A DNA stretch of 16,144 bases from Candidatus Margulisbacteria bacterium GWF2_35_9 (GTDB lineage Bacteria > Margulisbacteria > Riflemargulisbacteria > GWF2-35-9), in contig MFRH01000066.1 in the NCBI GenBank assembly GCA_001783275.1, positions 10,033-26,176 on the forward strand. The letters are read 5' to 3'. The notes under the pieces are model-generated. The model ran no database searches. It was given only the letters and a program-made list of their open reading frames with translations, and had not been told where the DNA came from. Position numbers and translations under genes: made by a program. Numbering within the stretch: the stretch's first letter is position 1; each line of letters begins with the position of its first letter. Positions 1 to 8,413 of the stretch are shown here, in pieces.

Positions 1-2
1 CC

Positions 3-260
3 ATGTTTTATAAAAAAGTTTTTAATGTAGAGGCAAGTTATAAGCAACTCATCTTTGGGGCAATTTTTGTCACTACCTCTATGGCCATATTTAATATTGT
101 ATTTGGTTATTTTATTGTTTATATCGCAAGTAGTTTTAACAAAACATATGGGACAATATCAAGTATTATTCTTCTATTGTTATGGTTTCAGATAAATGCA
201 TTGTTTATATTGATGGGATCAAATATTGTGATGCTAAATCAGAATAAGCATCTAGCATGA
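3..260 (+). CDS. C-terminal fragment of a YihY/BrkB-family integral membrane protein. The 5' end lies outside the window.
   Basis: Open frame from the window edge. The hydrophobic TM-rich C-terminus (…ISSIILLLLWFQINALFILMGSNIV…) resembles the conserved YihY/BrkB (RNase BN-like) C-terminal block. The TGA stop overlaps the next gene's ATG (gcATGAaa at 257-260). Confidence 0.5.
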   Translation: MFYKKVFNVEASYKQLIFGAIFVTTSMAIFNIVFGYFIVYIASSFNKTYGTISSIILLLLWFQINALFILMGSNIVMLNQNKHLA

Positions 261-3200
261 AAAAAATTTTGCGATCTATGGCTCTTTGGTGTTTCATAAT
301 AATCACCTTTATGTTTTTGAGTATTATTGTTGTAATGCATACTGGTTTGCCTCAGGCCTATTTGAGTAAATTTATAACCAGCAAGATCAGTGACTCATTT
401 CCTGCAAAAATAACCATAGGCTCCATTGGTGGCAATTTTTTATGGAAATTAACGCTTAATGATATTAAGGTAGATACTGACACGTCTCCTAAACAAAGAA
501 TATTATCGGTATCATCAATAGGGATTAGATATAACCTTTTTAACCTTTTTTTTAACCGCAATTCATCAGAAAATATAATTAATATTAATATTTCAAGACC
601 GGTGGTTTTGATAAATCGCGATAAGGATGGGATTTTTAACTTTTCAAGCTTAATTCCTCCAAAGAGTCAGAATCCTTCAAGTGCTGAGTTTCCTTATAAA
701 TTGAATATACAAGTCAATAAGGGTGAGATTAATTACACGGATTATGCTACTCCCTTGCAGGTGCAAATAAAAGATACACAAGTCCAGGCAGAGTATGCTC
801 ATTCAATGTTTAAGCTTTTTGGAGTTAGGGGCGAGGTCGCTGGTAATTCATTTTTCGTTTCAGGTAACATATCCCTTAAGGAAAGTTCTCCCGGGATAGA
901 CATAGAATTGGCTGCTGCCAACTTTGATCTCGCTTCGATTGATTTGGTTTATCCGCCAGCAAAAGCATACAAATTAGAGGGGATGGCTAATCTCAATATT
1001 ACAGCCAAGTCTGTTCCAGGACAATCAATCCCAATAATTATAGGTCGCATAAGTATCCCCCAAGCCAGCGTTTATTCTTATTCGATTGCCAATATCTCTT
1101 CTGCTTTTGAATTCAATAAGCAAAAAATTAGCTTCTTAATAGATAAAGGTCTTATTGAAAAAGGGACATTTAAAACAGAAGGTACTGCGGATTTCAGTGG
1201 GCCACAACCCGCTTTTAATATTAATGGGTCATTAATGGGAGTCGACTTACAAAATCTAGTTGGGAATACTAAAATTATTACAGGAAAAGCCGATGCAGTT
1301 TTTCAGGTGAAAGGGTCTTTAAAGCAAAACTCAATCGTGTTAAATATTAAAGGAAAAAACGCTAATGCGTATGGTCGCTCGATTATAAAAGCAGACCTGA
1401 AACTCGACCTGAATAGGGGAAGCGTACTACTAAGGAAGGCCAGCATCTATACGGACAAAAAGGGGGAAATACACGCAACAGCTACGCTTTTCAAAGATAA
1501 AAATTTTGTCACCGATCTTTCGCTTAGATCATTGTCTTTTGATTCCACTAAAATATATATCAGTTCCATGGGCTCAGCCCAGGGATACATCGATAGCGAT
1601 ACTAGGTTTAGTGGCAGACTAAGTGAACAGTTTTTTTCCTCTCCTTTAGAGAATATTAAGGTGACAAGTTTATCTAATATTAAAGAAATAGACTTGTCCT
1701 ATGTAATCACAAGCAATTCTGAGGCTATAGCTCAATCTATAGATTTGCTTTCTTTTAATCTTTCCTGGGATGGCAAGTTACTAAGTGCTGATAAGATTAC
1801 TCTGCGTGAAAAAGAAACACGCCTGTTTGGAAGTGGATTTTTTGCCCTCGATAAAAGCTATCTTTTTAAGTTTAAGGGTGCCCCGATTATGCTCGAAAAT
1901 TTTGACTCTATTATCGCCGGGAAGGGAGTCGCTAGTGGTCCAATAGTCATTCAAGGAGAGGTTAGCGGCATATTGCCCTCTTGGAATTTAATGCTGGATT
2001 TTGATGTTAAATCACCGAGCTATAAAGGACTCGTTATAGATAAGATTAAAGGCTCCCTATTAAAAAAGCAAAGCATGCTCGAGATTGCTAATATGGAGAT
2101 TAGCAATAATAAAGATCTTTACATTATTGGTGGGAAAATAAATTTACCTAATTATCAAAAAGTTGACCTAAATCTTGAGATCAAAAAAGGGTCAGTTAAA
2201 AATATAATAACCTTAATTCGTGATGGGGTTAAGGTCGCCGGTATATATAAAAGTGAGCACGTTTTTGATTCGCTTGCAGGTTTAGACGAAAAAGCACTAA
2301 CTCAGATACTTAGTATTAATGCCTCTCATAACATTAACGAATCCATTCCTGTTTACAATGAAAATCAAAATACCATAACACATTTAAAATCATTTATAAC
2401 CGATACTACTACTACTGCTAATGAAAAAAAGAATGATAATAAACAGTCTTTGATTGATGATTTAACAGGGGATATTAGCGGTAAACTCAGTTTTAATAAT
2501 CTAACGAGTAATGTGTTGATGGGTGCCGATATTGGAATAAAAAACTTAAAGTTAGCCGAGTCTACTTTTGGCTCAATAGAGATTAAAGCAGAATCTACAC
2601 CTGGACCTATCGTGTCTTCAGTGGTCGTTAGAGACGGGTTAGTTGGGGGCACCTCTTTTGAGGAGGTTAGTGCCCAGTTGCTTTATGATCAAGATAAAAC
2701 TTTAATAATTGAAAGCGTCACGATGAAGTTGCATGGTTATAAAAATATCAAAATTATATCTGGTATAGTTCCTTTAGCAGAGCTATTTGGCCCTGTTGAA
2801 AACCCTAAAGCGCTCAGTCTCAATATTGAGATAGCAGGAAATCAAATCGCTATTGTTTCTTTATTTACAAATGCCATTGAATCAGCAACGAATGAAGGGG
2901 CCCTCATTTTTAACATAGGAGGCAGTGTCAAAAAGCCAATATTAAAAAAGGGATTAATTTCGATAATTAATGGTCGATTGAATTTGAAAAAGGGACTATT
3001 TCCAGTAGCCAGCTTTGTAATTCCTGAAGTCGATATTAGGGTCAAAGATAACGTCGCCTCAATTAATGCTTTTTCCCTGTCCTGGGAAGGCGATAAAAAA
3101 TTAAAAAAAACAAATCTGATTTCTGCGAGAGGAAGTGTTGGACTTAGATTGGCTCCATCCAAAGAGACTACAAGCTTTGTCATTAATACTGATATCAAAA

Positions 3201-4450
3201 TGGATGACACGGATCTCTATCTGAATATCCCTGATCTCTGCATCGGAATGTTAAAGATACGAGAGACCTCTTTTAAAGGGGATTATTTTTTCTCTCTTTC
3301 CAAATCAGATAAAGGGATTGAGGCCCCCTTAAAAAATGGACTTTTACTAAAATCAAAGCTTGAGCTTTATGAAACGGTGCTTTCTATTCCTAAAATAAGT
3401 AAGAAAAGCAAGTTATTTCCATCCATATTGATTGATATAGAGTTCACAATGGGTAAAAATGTGTTGCTTTCAGGAGGCGTTGTTCCTGAGGGAGTACTAA
3501 GCGGTTTTATAAATAACATCGATATCTATTTTGATAAGAGTCCCCACCAGTTAATGATTGGAGGAAGCCTGAATCGATATTCAATTGAAGGGAATCTGTT
3601 CTTCAGGTATGGAACAATTGTTCTTCTTAATAAAGATTTTACCCTTATGTCTCAATCAGAGCAGGAAAAATATTTTGGGCGGTCAAAAGATCTAGCCAAG
3701 CCTAATTATATAGAGTTTCGTAAAGAAGATACTGCCCCTCTTTTGCATTTAAGAGCGATGACTGAAACAGATGTTGCACAAACAGAAGTTGGGAGTAGTT
3801 TGGGGCAGCGAGAAGTTTTTATTTTTGTTATTGATGGGACTGTAACGGATGTCTCAAATATGTATATATATCAGTTCCATCGACAAGGTTCAACGTTTAC
3901 TCCTGATGAAGGTAATCCGATTGTGATTGGTCGAATGAGTGTCGTTCAACTCGAAAAACTAAGTACTTATTTGTGGCCTGAGTTACTAAGTGTCAGTTTT
4001 TATCAGAATTTGGCCAATGAAGGGTTACAAGGGGAGTCCGCTGGAATTTTTATAAGGCAATTATCAGAACGAGCGGTGAACAATATAGTTTATAGACAGC
4101 TGCGTCCAGTTGAGAGAGAAATAGCTGATAGGATAGGTGTTGATGATATTCATTTTAATTATAATTTAGGAAATATTATAAGTGATGGCAGTTCAGATAA
4201 TAATAATGGAAAACAGGACCTTGTCGGAGTGGATATCAGTTCCAGATTATTTATTGACCGACTTTATGTCACTGTGCGTACGAATTTGGATCGACAGGAG
4301 AATGACAAAACTCTCAGTGTCGGTATTTCACAATACGAACTCAAGCTATCTTTGTTAGAGTGGCTTTCGTTGATTTATCATAACAAGACAATTTTTAGTG
4401 ATAATAGAAGTGAAGGAGTATTTGCTCTTGAAGCAGAGTACAATTTTTAA
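257..4450 (+). CDS. tamB: TamB/AsmA-like translocation and assembly module protein (1397 aa, N-terminal signal-anchor, DUF490-like C-terminus).
   Basis: Single long ORF. N-terminal TM anchor (ALWCFIIITFMFLSIIVVMHTG). Very large, predicted beta-rich periplasmic body. C-terminal amphipathic block ending …GVFALEAEYNF, typical of the TamB DUF490 C-terminus. Immediately followed by an Omp85 gene. ATGA overlap with the upstream ORF. Confidence 0.78.
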   Translation: MKKILRSMALWCFIIITFMFLSIIVVMHTGLPQAYLSKFITSKISDSFPAKITIGSIGGNFLWKLTLNDIKVDTDTSPKQRILSVSSIGIRYNLFNLFFNRNSSENIININISRPVVLINRDKDGIFNFSSLIPPKSQNPSSAEFPYKLNIQVNKGEINYTDYATPLQVQIKDTQVQAEYAHSMFKLFGVRGEVAGNSFFVSGNISLKESSPGIDIELAAANFDLASIDLVYPPAKAYKLEGMANLNITAKSVPGQSIPIIIGRISIPQASVYSYSIANISSAFEFNKQKISFLIDKGLIEKGTFKTEGTADFSGPQPAFNINGSLMGVDLQNLVGNTKIITGKADAVFQVKGSLKQNSIVLNIKGKNANAYGRSIIKADLKLDLNRGSVLLRKASIYTDKKGEIHATATLFKDKNFVTDLSLRSLSFDSTKIYISSMGSAQGYIDSDTRFSGRLSEQFFSSPLENIKVTSLSNIKEIDLSYVITSNSEAIAQSIDLLSFNLSWDGKLLSADKITLREKETRLFGSGFFALDKSYLFKFKGAPIMLENFDSIIAGKGVASGPIVIQGEVSGILPSWNLMLDFDVKSPSYKGLVIDKIKGSLLKKQSMLEIANMEISNNKDLYIIGGKINLPNYQKVDLNLEIKKGSVKNIITLIRDGVKVAGIYKSEHVFDSLAGLDEKALTQILSINASHNINESIPVYNENQNTITHLKSFITDTTTTANEKKNDNKQSLIDDLTGDISGKLSFNNLTSNVLMGADIGIKNLKLAESTFGSIEIKAESTPGPIVSSVVVRDGLVGGTSFEEVSAQLLYDQDKTLIIESVTMKLHGYKNIKIISGIVPLAELFGPVENPKALSLNIEIAGNQIAIVSLFTNAIESATNEGALIFNIGGSVKKPILKKGLISIINGRLNLKKGLFPVASFVIPEVDIRVKDNVASINAFSLSWEGDKKLKKTNLISARGSVGLRLAPSKETTSFVINTDIKMDDTDLYLNIPDLCIGMLKIRETSFKGDYFFSLSKSDKGIEAPLKNGLLLKSKLELYETVLSIPKISKKSKLFPSILIDIEFTMGKNVLLSGGVVPEGVLSGFINNIDIYFDKSPHQLMIGGSLNRYSIEGNLFFRYGTIVLLNKDFTLMSQSEQEKYFGRSKDLAKPNYIEFRKEDTAPLLHLRAMTETDVAQTEVGSSLGQREVFIFVIDGTVTDVSNMYIYQFHRQGSTFTPDEGNPIVIGRMSVVQLEKLSTYLWPELLSVSFYQNLANEGLQGESAGIFIRQLSERAVNNIVYRQLRPVEREIADRIGVDDIHFNYNLGNIISDGSSDNNNGKQDLVGVDISSRLFIDRLYVTVRTNLDRQENDKTLSVGISQYELKLSLLEWLSLIYHNKTIFSDNRSEGVFALEAEYNF

Positions 4451-6125
4451 ATTATTTCTACTGAGTGCCCTATTCTTTCCGGCGATATGCGTTGCAGGCT
4501 TGTCACCACTTACCGGAATATATGATAAGGTAATCGCACAAGTTAGGCTTGAAGGTAATCATTATATTACCTCAGCTTCTATCTTTGCCTCAGTTAACTT
4601 TGAAGCTTCTGCTAACACTCTCGTGAAGGTAGAACAAGTTAGAAATGATATAGAAAATATCTATTCATTAGGTTTTTTTAAGAGTGTAAACGTGGCGCTA
4701 AAATCTGAGAAGCAAGGGCAAGTATTGATCTATCAGTTAGAAGAAAATCCCTTGATTAAAAAAATTGTTATTAATGGGATATCAGCAGAAGACGATAATT
4801 TTTTTTTAGAGGCGATGAATACTCGTCCTTTAACTGTATTGTCCTATAAAGTTATTGATGAAGATATTCAGAGAATTAATAAAAAGCTTGTTGATTATGG
4901 CTATTCTCTTAATAGAGTTAGTAACGTTGAATTTTTAACTACTAGTAACATCGTGTTGCTGAGCATCAAAGAAACTAAAATTAATAACGTATTGATAAAT
5001 GGTAACCAACGATTTGCTGATAATCTCATTTCTCGGGAAATGACTGCTAGGAAAGGCAGGGTTTTTAACTTAAATGAAGTGAGAAAAGACAGAGATATCA
5101 TACTTGGTTTAGGATATTTTTCATCAGTTTCTGCTCCTCAACTAGTGCCTGTAAAAGACACGGATGATATTGATATCGTCTTTTCGGTTGTCGAAAGAAA
5201 AGTGAATTCTATTTCCCTTGCTCTTGAAGAAGGGCGCAAGTCTATTAACCTGACTTTTCGTAATCAGCTTGTTAATTATTTGAAGTGGGGAGAGTCTTTT
5301 TCTGCAAGAGCACAGTACGGAGAAGAGCAACTGTATAGCCTGCATTTTTATCTTCCGTGGACATTTAATCAGAGAGTTTCTCTTGGATTGAATAAATGGC
5401 TTCAAATTAGCAGAGAAAGTGATAAAAATGGCATAGATTACGATGTATTACGCAATGGGGCAGATATAATTTGGGGCTTGCCGCTGGCTGATGAAATTAA
5501 AATGTATGTAACTTATCGAAGTGAAAATGTGCGTGAAAATGTAGCTGTTCCGTCAATAATCTATACAAAAAATGATATAGAACTTGCTATCTCTTATGAG
5601 AATCGAGACAGCTTAGTCAAACCGACTAATGGCAGCTATGGCTATGCTCAGGTCAGTAAAGGCGGGAACTACGGTTTGTTTGACCTTGGCGGAATCAATT
5701 ACGTTCGTATGAGCGCGAGCTATATGCAATTTTATAAAGTAAGAGATAAGCAGGTATTCGCCTTTCGTAATAGCTATGGATCATTCAGTCCTGACCAAAA
5801 TAACATTAAATTGCTGGAGTTAGATCTATTTACTATCGGAGGAGCATCTACAATAAGAGGTTATACTGACTCTACATCACGCAGAGGGTTGCATATGTTG
5901 ACGGGTAATTATGAATATAGAATATATTTAATGGAGGCTCTGTCACTGGTGTTTTTCTATGATATGGGTATCGTTTATGAACAGGAAATATCTTTATCAG
6001 ACTTCATTGCGGGGCGTGGTTTTGGGTTTAGGTTTTTCACACCTTTTGGACCTATCAGGCTAGATTTAGCGTGGTCTAATAGTAGTGATTTTGTCTTGCA
6101 TTTTGGTTTATCAGAAATGTTCTAA
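4398..6125 (+). CDS. tamA: Omp85-family outer-membrane protein (TamA/BamA-like; POTRA repeats plus C-terminal 16-strand barrel).
   Basis: 575 aa. Signal-peptide-like N-terminus (KLFLLSALFFPAICVAG). Repeated POTRA-like segments. C-terminal 'bacterial surface antigen' barrel with terminal motif …RFFTPFGPIRLDLAWS…HFGLSEMF ending in Phe. Size and adjacency to tamB favour TamA over the essential BamA. The ATG at 4398 overlaps the tamB 3' end by 53 nt, so the true start may be slightly downstream. Confidence 0.78.
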   Translation: MIIEVKEYLLLKQSTIFKLFLLSALFFPAICVAGLSPLTGIYDKVIAQVRLEGNHYITSASIFASVNFEASANTLVKVEQVRNDIENIYSLGFFKSVNVALKSEKQGQVLIYQLEENPLIKKIVINGISAEDDNFFLEAMNTRPLTVLSYKVIDEDIQRINKKLVDYGYSLNRVSNVEFLTTSNIVLLSIKETKINNVLINGNQRFADNLISREMTARKGRVFNLNEVRKDRDIILGLGYFSSVSAPQLVPVKDTDDIDIVFSVVERKVNSISLALEEGRKSINLTFRNQLVNYLKWGESFSARAQYGEEQLYSLHFYLPWTFNQRVSLGLNKWLQISRESDKNGIDYDVLRNGADIIWGLPLADEIKMYVTYRSENVRENVAVPSIIYTKNDIELAISYENRDSLVKPTNGSYGYAQVSKGGNYGLFDLGGINYVRMSASYMQFYKVRDKQVFAFRNSYGSFSPDQNNIKLLELDLFTIGGASTIRGYTDSTSRRGLHMLTGNYEYRIYLMEALSLVFFYDMGIVYEQEISLSDFIAGRGFGFRFFTPFGPIRLDLAWSNSSDFVLHFGLSEMF

Positions 6126-6369
6126 CTTTACTAAAAAGTATAGATTCAGGATTATCCATTCGAATTCTATAACCATCGAGTATATCAATAGCCTTGGCGA
6201 GAGCGAGAACACTCGGTTTCCCGCTAAGGAGTATACTGATTAATAACAGGAATACGGAACTAATGATACTAAGATATATTCCCTGCTTAATTGATGAGAG
6301 TGATTCAATTTAAAAAGCAAGGTCAACTCATTTCAAATATAGAATAAAATATACTAAAGGAGGATCGTG

Positions 6370-6846
6370 ATGGAAATAATCAAGTCTGATCATAATTTTG
6401 CAGCCGTGTGGATTGACCATAAGAAAGCAGTTATCTCTTTTCTTGATGATAAGGGGCATCGTGAGCAAGTTTTAACTATTGAGTCAAACGTAAGCGCTCA
6501 TATAAATTTCAAAACTGGACGGGGATATAGTAGCAACCAACATCTGCAAATGGTTAAACCAGCAATTAGTCAGGAGCGCAAACATCAAAGCCAGTTGAAG
6601 CGTTACTTCCAAGAAATAATACAAACGCTTAAAGGCATTGGTAGCTTCATCGTTATTGGTCCTGGGGAGGCCAAAATAGAATTTCAAAAAGAAATTCACA
6701 AAAACAAAGAACTTTTTCCACTTCTAAAAGAAGTTCTGCCCCAAGATAACATAACTGAAACCCAACTTGTTGCCTATGCCAAAAAATTCCATGTGCCAGT
6801 TGGATCACCTTTTACTGTGTCTAAGCCTAAACTGATTAGAAGGTAG
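6370..6846 (+). CDS. Hypothetical 158-aa protein, possibly Host_attach / bacterial eRF1-like (baeRF) fold.
   Basis: Strong SD AAAGGAGGA (6356-6364) lies 6 nt before ATG 6370 (GTG 6367 is the alternative). Sequence …AAVWIDHKKAVISFLDD…GIGSFIVIGPGEAKIEFQKEI… is reminiscent of the small Host_attach family. Ends TAG. Its 3' end overlaps the HDAC-like remnant on the opposite strand. Confidence 0.55.
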   Translation: MEIIKSDHNFAAVWIDHKKAVISFLDDKGHREQVLTIESNVSAHINFKTGRGYSSNQHLQMVKPAISQERKHQSQLKRYFQEIIQTLKGIGSFIVIGPGEAKIEFQKEIHKNKELFPLLKEVLPQDNITETQLVAYAKKFHVPVGSPFTVSKPKLIRR

Positions 6847-7396
6847 AGGGGTTTAAATTTATTGATTTTGTGAAGAGCTTTGATAAGGGTTTCTTTGTAT
6901 TCTTCATAAGTAATGTGCTCTGGCATAGGATAATTAACATTAAAGCCTTGGCCTATCCCCTCGCCTATTTCCTCTGTAAAACCAGAAAAATAAGGATAAG
7001 CAACGCGGGGATTTCCGTGGATGGACAAACAGAGAAGGTTTGGGTTTTAACTTTTATACAGAGATTGGTTTTTTCCAGTTCAGCCATGATGGAAGCAACT
7101 CTTACAGGAGATTCGACATAACCCCGCTCCTTAACGTGATGAATATAATGCTTCTCATTAAATATCAAGGCAATTTTTTGCCTGTCTTTTATCAAAAAGT
7201 CTCGGGATGGGATAGGTTTTTTAATATATATTTTTTCTCTGCATTTTACTGGGTCATCCTTAAAGGAATTTAGAACCATGCGCATATATTTGGGTGAACA
7301 CAAATCGGAGTATTTGCGTCTAAGGATAGCTTTAACAATTTTTACGGTTGATTCCAAGTGAAGGTTATTTTTATCAGCTTCCAAACTATCAAACAT
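6774..7396 (-). pseudogene. Histone-deacetylase/acetylpolyamine-amidohydrolase (HDAC-fold) gene remnant. Two overlapping reading frames, with the catalytic core deleted.
   Basis: The upstream ORF (7396..6965) contains the N-terminal HDAC block …IALIFNEKHYIHHVKERGYVESPVRVASIMAELEKT (the HPE-x-P-x-R region). The downstream ORF (7028..6774), in another frame, carries YPYFSGFTEEIGEGIGQGFNVNYPMPEHITYEEY (FPGTG…G-x-G…N-x-PL motif) and …ISLGLDTVKGDPTGTWNF (G-x-D…DPLG block). About 150 aa between these blocks are missing, including the HH and D-x-H zinc/catalytic residues. The 3' end is overrun by the convergent gene at 6370-6846. Confidence 0.6.
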
Positions 7397-7402
7397 CAGC
7401 TA

Positions 7403-7912
7403 AGGAGGATTATCATCCCCTTCATTTAAGGGTGTTTCATATTTGGTATTCACGATAGAGGTCACTCCAAAACGTTCATAAAACTTGAGGCGACTGATAT
7501 TTTCCTTGAGGATATTGGGGGTCCTTACAAAGAGTAGAATCATCTGGCAGACATTCAAAAAACAAGCCGATACTTTTTAGCTTTTTCGCTTCTGAACGTG
7601 CTTTTTCATATAGAATGCTACCTATCTGCCGGAAAAACCTTTTTTGGTGGCGATGTAATCCAGAAAGCTGAAATTCAAGTCTGGAGCATGAAACAAAAGC
7701 GCAAAGGCATCCACGCTTCCTTTATAATTATCAGCTACCAGCAAAATAGACCTGAATTTGTATTTTAAGGGATTATGAAGTTGTTCAGTTAATTGTTGTA
7801 TTTTTTCTTCTTTAACACTAGGGAATTGAGCCCTGATAATATCCTGAACCTGAATAATTACTTTTTGATTAGCAGGATACAGAGCATCATGAATACGTCT
7901 TATTCTTAACAT
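7403..7912 (-). pseudogene. GNAT-family acetyltransferase paralogue interrupted by two in-frame stop codons (TAG at 7624..7622, TAA at 7579..7577).
   Basis: ORF 7912..7625 (96 aa) ends …LDYIATKKGFSGR*. The same frame continues VAFYMKKHVQKRKS*KVSACFLNVCQMILLFVRTPNILKENISRLKFYERFGVTSI…, ending at TAG 7402..7400. The tail carries the GNAT C-terminal 'FYE+FGF'-like motif. The total is about 170 codons, a normal GNAT size. It starts directly after the upstream GNAT's TAA (TAAATG). TAA and TAG are bona fide stops elsewhere in the window. Confidence 0.55.
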
Positions 7913-8413
7913 TTACACGACTTTTACAAAGATGACTTTGTCGTCATTGGGCCCGTAGAAATCTTTTAACTGGGCTTCCACTATATAGTCGCTTTTTTGA
8001 TAGAATTTTCGGGTGGGTATGTATAGGTCTTTAGATGATGTTTCCACATAGATACGACCTCCCCCAATTTCCTTGATAATCATCTCGGTTCGTTTCATAA
8101 GCTCTTTGCCTATTCCGCTCTTTTGATATGTATTCTCTACAGCAATCCAGTATAGGTCGTAACTTGAAGCAGTACCCATAATCGGCCCATAACACACATA
8201 TCCAATAACTTCGCCTTCATTTTCAGCAAAAAGGAAATAGTAGCCACTTTCTTTACCTTTCTGGAGACGTTCATCAATAAGTTCAACCGCAATTTCCTGT
8301 TCTTCCTCATTAAAGAAATCCGTAGATTTAATTATCCTACGAATAGCTTCTGAATCAGTACCCAACGTTTCCTGCCGAAAGTTTAAAGAGATATTCGTTA
8401 GTTTATTTTTCAT
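7913..8413 (-). CDS. GNAT-family N-acetyltransferase (166 aa).
   Basis: Motif A …YQKSGIGKELMKRTEMIIKEIGGGRIYVETS… and C-terminal …KFYQKSDYIVEAQ… . ATG 8413-8411 overlaps the TGA of the upstream ATP-grasp gene (ATGA). Confidence 0.85.
   Translation of the reverse strand: MKNKLTNISLNFRQETLGTDSEAIRRIIKSTDFFNEEEQEIAVELIDERLQKGKESGYYFLFAENEGEVIGYVCYGPIMGTASSYDLYWIAVENTYQKSGIGKELMKRTEMIIKEIGGGRIYVETSSKDLYIPTRKFYQKSDYIVEAQLKDFYGPNDDKVIFVKVV

Noticed and set aside
358-3210. Minus-strand ORFs 358..561, 2365..2652 and 2842..3210 inside tamB.
   Set aside because: Antisense to a 1397-aa gene with coherent domain structure. Low-complexity translations and no start-site signals. Expected by chance in AT-rich DNA.
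4901-5405. Minus-strand ORFs 4901..5101 and 5142..5405 inside the Omp85 gene.
   Set aside because: Antisense to a well-supported Omp85 barrel gene. No motif content.
6140-6175. TTCGAAT (T-loop-like) motif suggesting a tRNA in the bamA-downstream intergenic region.
   Set aside because: Flanking sequence lacks the GG…CC T-stem and acceptor-stem complementarity. No cloverleaf can be drawn.
6484-7273. ORFs 6484..6699 (-), 6870..7121 (+) and 7040..7273 (+).
   Set aside because: They overlap better-supported coding sequence on the opposite strand (the 158-aa gene and the HDAC-like fragments). No RBS, and the translations are hydrophobic junk.
7400-7409. Perfect plus-strand SD CTAAGGAGGA suggesting an unannotated plus-strand gene.
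   Set aside because: No ATG/GTG/TTG follows in an open frame. The motif is simply the reverse complement of the Pro-Pro-stop codons (cct cct tag) ending the minus-strand GNAT2 frame.
7577-7624. Possibility that the two in-frame stops in GNAT2 reflect stop-codon reassignment (an alternative genetic code).
   Set aside because: TAA, TAG and TGA each terminate well-supported full-length genes in this window (tamB and Omp85 end TAA; the 158-aa gene ends TAG; kamA-fusion and ATP-grasp end TGA). The standard code applies, so a pseudogene is the parsimonious reading.
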